Of a DNA stretch of 40,677 bases, positions 35,568-40,677 are shown piece by piece. A model generated the notes under the pieces. That model made no database searches. It was not told the origin of the DNA and was given only the letters and a program-made list of their open reading frames with translations. This stretch comes from Gammaproteobacteria bacterium (GTDB taxonomy: Bacteria; Pseudomonadota; Gammaproteobacteria; JAJDYQ01): positions 1-40,677 of the forward strand of contig JAPHTU010000168.1 in the NCBI GenBank assembly GCA_026196145.1, in the 5' to 3' direction. Position numbers and translations under genes: made by a program. The first letter of the stretch is position 1. Every line of letters begins with the position of its first letter.

Positions 35568-35668
35568 TCCACTGATAATACCGGGCCAATCTGTTATCCC
35601 TTGCAAAGAAAAACTAAAGGTTATGAAGTTCATCGTATATCTCAGGAAGTTACGCTAGTATTTCATGC

Positions 35669-36772
35669 ATGGATAAGCAGGTGACCGATTATTACCAGGT
35701 ACTGGGCGTGCCGCGCGATGCCGATGAAGCAGCAATTAAAAACGCCTATCACAAGCTCGCCATGAAGTGGCACCCAGATCGCAATGATTCGCCGGAGGCA
35801 GAAGATAAATTCAAGGAAATCGCTACCGCCTATGCCATCCTGAAAGATCCCAACAAGCGTGCACGCTATGACACCCAGGGTATGGAGGGCGTTGCACATT
35901 TTACCCCGGACGACCTGTTCGGTGGCCTGGATATGGGCGACCTGTTTGGCGACATGGGCTTTGGTTTTGGCGGCAGCAGTATTTTTGATCGAATGTTTGG
36001 TGGTGGTCGGCGCGCAAAGCAACCCACTCACGGCCAGGATCTACGTATCCGTGTAGAAGTACCGCTGGCGCTTATTCACACAGGCGGCAGGCAGAAGATA
36101 AATGCCAGCCATCCGGTATCCTGTGATGCCTGTCATGGTTACGGTACGGCAGATGGCAAGGCCCCTGCCCTGTGCAAGGCATGTAATGGCTCCGGGCGTC
36201 AGGCTGTATCACACAATGAAAAACGTGGTGAACAAACGGTACAGATACAACAAATTACTGTTTGTCCGGCCTGTGGCGGCAAAGGGACACAGATTGAAGA
36301 CCCATGCAAGACCTGCGGCGGTTATGGCAAGGTAGAAAAACAGGAGGCGCTGAACATTACCATCCCGGCAGGTATTGAGGATGGCACCGTACTTCGGATA
36401 CCAGGTCATGGGTTACCGGCAGATAAACCGGAACTACCGCCAGGTGACCTGCATGTCTCTGTATTTTCGCAGCCTGACCCACGCTTCCAGCGACGTGGTG
36501 CAGACTTGTGGCGTCAGGAAACCATCGAAGCTGTGGATGCAATCCTGGGCAGTGAAATCGAGGTCCCAACGATTGATGGCATGGTCAAGGTAAAGATACC
36601 TGCTGGTACGCAGCCTGACGAAATCCTGCGTCTGAAGGGCAAGGGGCTAGCCCGCTATCAAGGTCCTGCACCGGGTGACCTGAACCTGCGTATTATTGTT
36701 CATATACCTGAAGACCTCAGCGAGGAAGACAGAAAGAAGTTCGAGGAAATCAGGGTATCAGGTAGCAAATAA
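35669..36772 (+). CDS. dnaJ: Class A DnaJ-family co-chaperone (possibly a paralogue; no adjacent dnaK)
   Basis: J domain with HPD, a G/F-rich linker, four CxxCxGxG repeats, and the C-terminal substrate domain. Confidence 0.93.
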   Translation: MDKQVTDYYQVLGVPRDADEAAIKNAYHKLAMKWHPDRNDSPEAEDKFKEIATAYAILKDPNKRARYDTQGMEGVAHFTPDDLFGGLDMGDLFGDMGFGFGGSSIFDRMFGGGRRAKQPTHGQDLRIRVEVPLALIHTGGRQKINASHPVSCDACHGYGTADGKAPALCKACNGSGRQAVSHNEKRGEQTVQIQQITVCPACGGKGTQIEDPCKTCGGYGKVEKQEALNITIPAGIEDGTVLRIPGHGLPADKPELPPGDLHVSVFSQPDPRFQRRGADLWRQETIEAVDAILGSEIEVPTIDGMVKVKIPAGTQPDEILRLKGKGLARYQGPAPGDLNLRIIVHIPEDLSEEDRKKFEEIRVSGSK

Positions 36773-36790
36773 GCTGATTCCTGTCATTTC

Positions 36791-37357
36791 ATGAGCCCGG
36801 GACAACACTTCATCATCAGCTGGGTAACGGCAAATACAGTCAGTCTGGACAGGAAGAGCAGAATTTTTATCACACTGTCAGGGTTGATACCTGACGTTGA
36901 TGGTATTGGTTATATTGTTGACCGGGTGGCTGCCTATCTTGGTTCCAGTACTACTTACTATGAAGATTTCCATCACATCTATACACATAATCTCTTGACT
37001 GGCCTTGTGTTCGCCATCATATGCTCAATCATTTGTGGAAAGCGTATGGTCGTGTTCTGGCTATCACTGCTGGCTTTCCATTTACACCTGTTGTGTGACA
37101 TTGCAGGAGCCAGAGGACCCGACGGAGACCAGTGGCCAATACCCTATTTCTACCCTTTTCTCCCTGATATACAATTAGTCTGGTCTGGCCAATGGGAGCT
37201 AAGCTCCTGGATCAATTCTGCTTTTGGCATCTCTTTCTTTATCATTGCGCTGATAATAGCAAGATACCGCCATGTGACATTCTTTGAGTTATTCTCATTA
37301 CGCTTTGAAAAGCTGGTAGGTGAAGTTGCAACCAGAAGAGGTTTTTTCAAGTCCTGA
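36791..37357 (+). CDS. YdjM-like membrane metal-dependent hydrolase
   Basis: N-terminal His, PDVDG, HH.YTH and HLHLLCD among TM helices. Confidence 0.8.
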   Translation: MSPGQHFIISWVTANTVSLDRKSRIFITLSGLIPDVDGIGYIVDRVAAYLGSSTTYYEDFHHIYTHNLLTGLVFAIICSIICGKRMVVFWLSLLAFHLHLLCDIAGARGPDGDQWPIPYFYPFLPDIQLVWSGQWELSSWINSAFGISFFIIALIIARYRHVTFFELFSLRFEKLVGEVATRRGFFKS

Positions 37358-37374
37358 TCGTAGACCAGAAACTA

Positions 37375-38706
37375 TTACTCAAGTAACAGGGTCGGGTCGA
37401 ACTCCTTGATGTAGGGATAGTCGTTACTGATACCGAGTATATGACCCTCCGGACGGATAATGGTGACAGCCGCGCCCGTACCTTTCAGGCCTTCCTTTTT
37501 ACGTGAGTTGCGATCGAGTGTGGTGTCGCATTCAACATTGAGCATGCCTTTGCGCAACATGAGCCGTTGCCCGTGCACCAGGTTCCGGTGCCCATGCACA
37601 ATGATACGGATTCCCTTCCGGTGGATTTTGTTCACTCCGTTACGTGTTAACGGCATGTCGACCTCGCGGTACTTGGTGCGCATGATGTTGGCGAAGGGGC
37701 CGTAATAGAAATCAAACGGATTATCGAACATCAGTTTGCGAAACCGCTTGTTCAGGTATTTCCAGCTTTTATCATTGAGTGTGGCAGCGATCCGGTCATC
37801 CACGCCTGCGTGTAGAAACAGAAACGAACCACTGCGATAACACAGTCGCATGCGTTGATAGAACCAGGCAAACTCGCCCTTTGGATGCAGGAACAACTCC
37901 TGCCATTTCATGGCCGCCGCAAATACGGCACGCAGCGATAAATTCGCCTTAACGATATCTTCATCAAACTGGGCGATTTTTTCACGCAGCTTGCTCACTT
38001 CCTTTTTAATCGTTGGATCAGGCATGGTCCAGGTGGCCAGCTTTGGAAACTCACGGAACCAGCTCTTTGGCGGATACAGCAGCCGCTGACACTGGCGGGT
38101 ACTCGGCATGCCGCGCAAGGTATCTTTGCCCTGCAGGTACTGATCATTAATCTCCTTTAAAAAGGGCACCATCTTGCGTCCCATGCGGATAAAAAAATGA
38201 TCCGTTCTTGGATCGGGATCAAGATTGATGCTACGAATACCCAGCATCATACGGATGTCGTGGTTACCGGCCAGGATCATCACATCGGCATGTTTATCGA
38301 TGAGTACCTTGATGACACGCAGCAGGCGCAGTGTGCTCGGCCCCTTGTCGAAACAGTCACCACCGATGAGAAAGCGACCTCGGCAACCCGCGCGGGTCAG
38401 CTTGATGTCCTTGTCTCGCGGCCCGGTTTTTTTGACTACGCCGGTAGCGACCAGTGATGCGATAAAGGCATCGGCATCACCGTGTATATCGGAAATGAAG
38501 TAAATGGAACGCTTTGGCCACTTCCAGCGCTGCTTGCCGATAGCCTTGCCAAACTCCTTGTAGTAGGCCGCGCTGTGGTAGCTGTCCTTTTTGACCGAGC
38601 GCCCCCTGCCCATCAACCAGTGTTGACTTTCGGTCGGCAATTTAATGCCTGTCCATTTCTCACCGCGGTAATGCGGCAGCATGTCTTTTTGATTCTTCTT
38701 GCCCAT
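37375..38706 (-). CDS. Calcineurin-like metallophosphoesterase, strongly basic
   Basis: SDIHGD, GDCFDKG, GNHD, HAG and HGH. The start is coupled to the upstream stop (TGATG). Confidence 0.9.
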   Translation of the reverse strand: MGKKNQKDMLPHYRGEKWTGIKLPTESQHWLMGRGRSVKKDSYHSAAYYKEFGKAIGKQRWKWPKRSIYFISDIHGDADAFIASLVATGVVKKTGPRDKDIKLTRAGCRGRFLIGGDCFDKGPSTLRLLRVIKVLIDKHADVMILAGNHDIRMMLGIRSINLDPDPRTDHFFIRMGRKMVPFLKEINDQYLQGKDTLRGMPSTRQCQRLLYPPKSWFREFPKLATWTMPDPTIKKEVSKLREKIAQFDEDIVKANLSLRAVFAAAMKWQELFLHPKGEFAWFYQRMRLCYRSGSFLFLHAGVDDRIAATLNDKSWKYLNKRFRKLMFDNPFDFYYGPFANIMRTKYREVDMPLTRNGVNKIHRKGIRIIVHGHRNLVHGQRLMLRKGMLNVECDTTLDRNSRKKEGLKGTGAAVTIIRPEGHILGISNDYPYIKEFDPTLLLE

Positions 38707-39404
38707 CAATCAGTGAAATCTGAATTTGTTTTCCTAAGCTTCCATTCACCTTCAATATGATGCCAGCTGCCATCTTCCAGTAACTCCAGAAATACCGGCT
38801 GACCATGAAACATACTCAGGCGTGCAATCTGCTCGTATTCCAGCACCCCGAGGTGAAAGGCGGCATGCCGAAACGCTGCCCCATGACCAACAAAGAGCTT
38901 TAGTGTATCTCGTTCGACTCGTAGTGATGACATACGCCTTGCCAGGTGGGCCGCAACACGTTCACCAGCTTCAAGTAGTGATTCGGCTCCCTGCAATGGC
39001 AGGCGATACTCGCTATTGGACTTCCAGTCTTGCGGTAAATCAGGATAACGCGGGTCGTTATGAATAATCTCGGCTATTTGCGCGACTGTCAGATTGGCAG
39101 CACAGCCGACGCTACGTTCTGCCAGTTCATCAAAACTTTCTAACCGCAGTTCCGACTTTTCAGTTCCCGCTAAACTCCCGACAATAATGTCTGCAGTCTG
39201 CCAGGCCCTGAGCATATGAGAACAATCAACTATCTCGCTCAACTTCCAGTCATTGTGTGCCATCACATCATCAATAACAGCTGCCGCTTCTCGCGCATGG
39301 CTTTCACCATCTGCATTAATCGGGAACGGCTGATGTGCACTTGGCACACCCGGCATTTGATGATAATCGCCATGCCTGATGATGGCGGCGATACGTCTAG
39401 CCAT
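38706..39404 (-). CDS. Histidine phosphatase (phosphoglycerate mutase-like) family protein
   Basis: IIRHG, S..LRAWQTA, LAER, GAES and VGHG. The start overlaps the ATP-grasp gene stop. Confidence 0.9.
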   Translation of the reverse strand: MARRIAAIIRHGDYHQMPGVPSAHQPFPINADGESHAREAAAVIDDVMAHNDWKLSEIVDCSHMLRAWQTADIIVGSLAGTEKSELRLESFDELAERSVGCAANLTVAQIAEIIHNDPRYPDLPQDWKSNSEYRLPLQGAESLLEAGERVAAHLARRMSSLRVERDTLKLFVGHGAAFRHAAFHLGVLEYEQIARLSMFHGQPVFLELLEDGSWHHIEGEWKLRKTNSDFTD

Positions 39405-40281
39405 TCTGTTGCAGTTCCTGCATGACATGCTCGACATACAATGCAGCTGCATCAATACCTATCCCGTCTTTGGCACCCTGGAAACCGCCGAATGCCGATA
39501 CCTCAAAGACAATCGGGCCGTTATCCGTTTCCGCAACATCGACGGTAGTAAAATCCATATTGAACAGCTCCTGCGCGCGGTGTGCGAGTTCAATTACGCT
39601 ATCGTCCGGTGTGTGGGCTTCATAACGTCCGCCGCTATGAATGGTTGTATTCCATGCATCACTCTGTGAAACCCTGGCATAACTGCCAAGATAGCGACCG
39701 GCAAGAAATACCATCCCCAGGTCCCTGCCCGGCAGTTCTATTTTGCGTTGTATGTACATCATAGGATTGTCTGCCTTGAAATCGCGTATCGCCTGTTCCA
39801 TACCTGCCTGGTTCGAATCAATGATGGTCATGCCGCGTGCCTTGGTTGAATACAGTGGCTTAAAGACGGCGCTACCAAATTGCCTGACTGCGTCAGCAGC
39901 AGCATCAATATCTTCGGTCACCCGGGTATCCGGCATCGGGATACCTGCGTTACGCAAAGTAACGGTACAACTTAGCCGATCGATTAGCCGTAACATACTC
40001 TCGGCCGGGCTGAATACGCGTACACCCGCCCCTTCTGCGATCCGTAGCAGCTCGAGACGATCCAGCGTGGATGGCGAGTAGACTGCACTGATCTTCTTGA
40101 CGATCAGTGCGTCCAGTTCGCAAAGATTATTATCTCCAACACGCAAACTATTGTTCACAAGGTCGAGACTGACATCGGCCATATCTATCACCAGCCGAAA
40201 ACCAGTCTGCCGTTCAACCGCATCGGCAAGGGTCTCGGTGGACCATTTACCGGGTATACCGATAACTCCAATCTTAAGCAT
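39397..40281 (-). CDS. GAK-system ATP-grasp enzyme (RimK-like)
   Basis: GIPMPDT, VFKPLYSTKARGM, YIQR, WNTTIHSGG, VDV and FEVSAFGGF. ATG at 40281. Confidence 0.88.
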   Translation of the reverse strand: MLKIGVIGIPGKWSTETLADAVERQTGFRLVIDMADVSLDLVNNSLRVGDNNLCELDALIVKKISAVYSPSTLDRLELLRIAEGAGVRVFSPAESMLRLIDRLSCTVTLRNAGIPMPDTRVTEDIDAAADAVRQFGSAVFKPLYSTKARGMTIIDSNQAGMEQAIRDFKADNPMMYIQRKIELPGRDLGMVFLAGRYLGSYARVSQSDAWNTTIHSGGRYEAHTPDDSVIELAHRAQELFNMDFTTVDVAETDNGPIVFEVSAFGGFQGAKDGIGIDAAALYVEHVMQELQQNG

Positions 40282-40677
40282 TGAATATCTCCCGAACCGG
40301 TACTTGAAAGTTTGATGCCTGCTTCTTGTCGGTTGCAAGCACTTGCTCCATCAGATAGCGGGCGCGCAACCACATTGCCCTGGCCAGCGTTTTGTCGAGC
40401 ACAAAACGGGTTGAAGTGGCGAAGGATCGCGCCAGACCAAGTGCCAGTCGGATATTGAAGGAACTGTCACCGACCCTGTTGGCATGGGCCGCAGCAAAAT
40501 CGTAGATGCTGCAACTCTGCTCCATGATGCGTCGACGCAGCTCTGGTTCCACGACACGCAGGCGATAGTTGGATACCATAAATACCGAAATATCCTGTAC
40601 ATAGTCCATATAACCGGAACGGTGCAGGTCGATGAAATTAATCTTCTTTTCCAGCGGGTCGTAGATGATGTTGTCCA
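40274..40677 (-). CDS. C-terminal part of an APH/choline-kinase-like phosphotransferase, truncated by the window edge
   Basis: The frame stays open to the window end and reads DNIIYDPLEKKINFIDLHRSGYMDYVQDISVF (end of the catalytic loop plus a DFG-equivalent IDL). Overlaps the ATP-grasp start by 8 bp. Confidence 0.75.
   Translation of the reverse strand, partial: DNIIYDPLEKKINFIDLHRSGYMDYVQDISVFMVSNYRLRVVEPELRRRIMEQSCSIYDFAAAHANRVGDSSFNIRLALGLARSFATSTRFVLDKTLARAMWLRARYLMEQVLATDKKQASNFQVPVREIFNA

Overview
Bacterial chromosomal DNA with about 37 genes; no rRNA, tRNA, CRISPR array, integrase or transposase was seen. The gene content suggests a gammaproteobacterium, possibly a sulfur oxidiser, but this is weak inference. 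Family calls come from motifs recognised by eye, not from database searches. There are two main blocks. (A) 988-12404 holds nine co-oriented minus-strand genes: an EHD/dynamin-like membrane NTPase, an SCP2 lipid-binding protein, an RND adaptor with a Met-rich hairpin insertion, an AcrB-type RND pump with a ~340-aa Lys/Ala/Pro-rich tail, two small exported Pro/Tyr/Gly-rich proteins, an orphan short ParA, a membrane-anchored TPR protein and a membrane-anchored DUF302 protein. It has no TolC gene and lies next to a BigR/SqrR-like ArsR fragment. This is my best candidate for an undescribed system, hypothesised to build and position an inclusion such as a sulfur globule. (B) 12792-40677 is a phosphate/polyphosphate supercluster: ppk1, class II ppk2 (pap), a Na/Pi cotransporter, two PiT transporters, a PhoU-like regulator, tandem CNNM/CorB genes, a CYTH protein, three NUDIX domains and SixA. 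It also contains a functionally uncharacterised GAK module (ATP-grasp, amphi-Trp, HprK-related kinase B) with a phosphotransferase and two phosphatases. Non-coding signals include a structured repeat with compensatory base changes (~670-901), a decayed duplicate of the CYTH 3' end flanking an AT-rich PiT islet, a probable 1-bp frameshift, and a Pho-box-like site upstream of ppk1.
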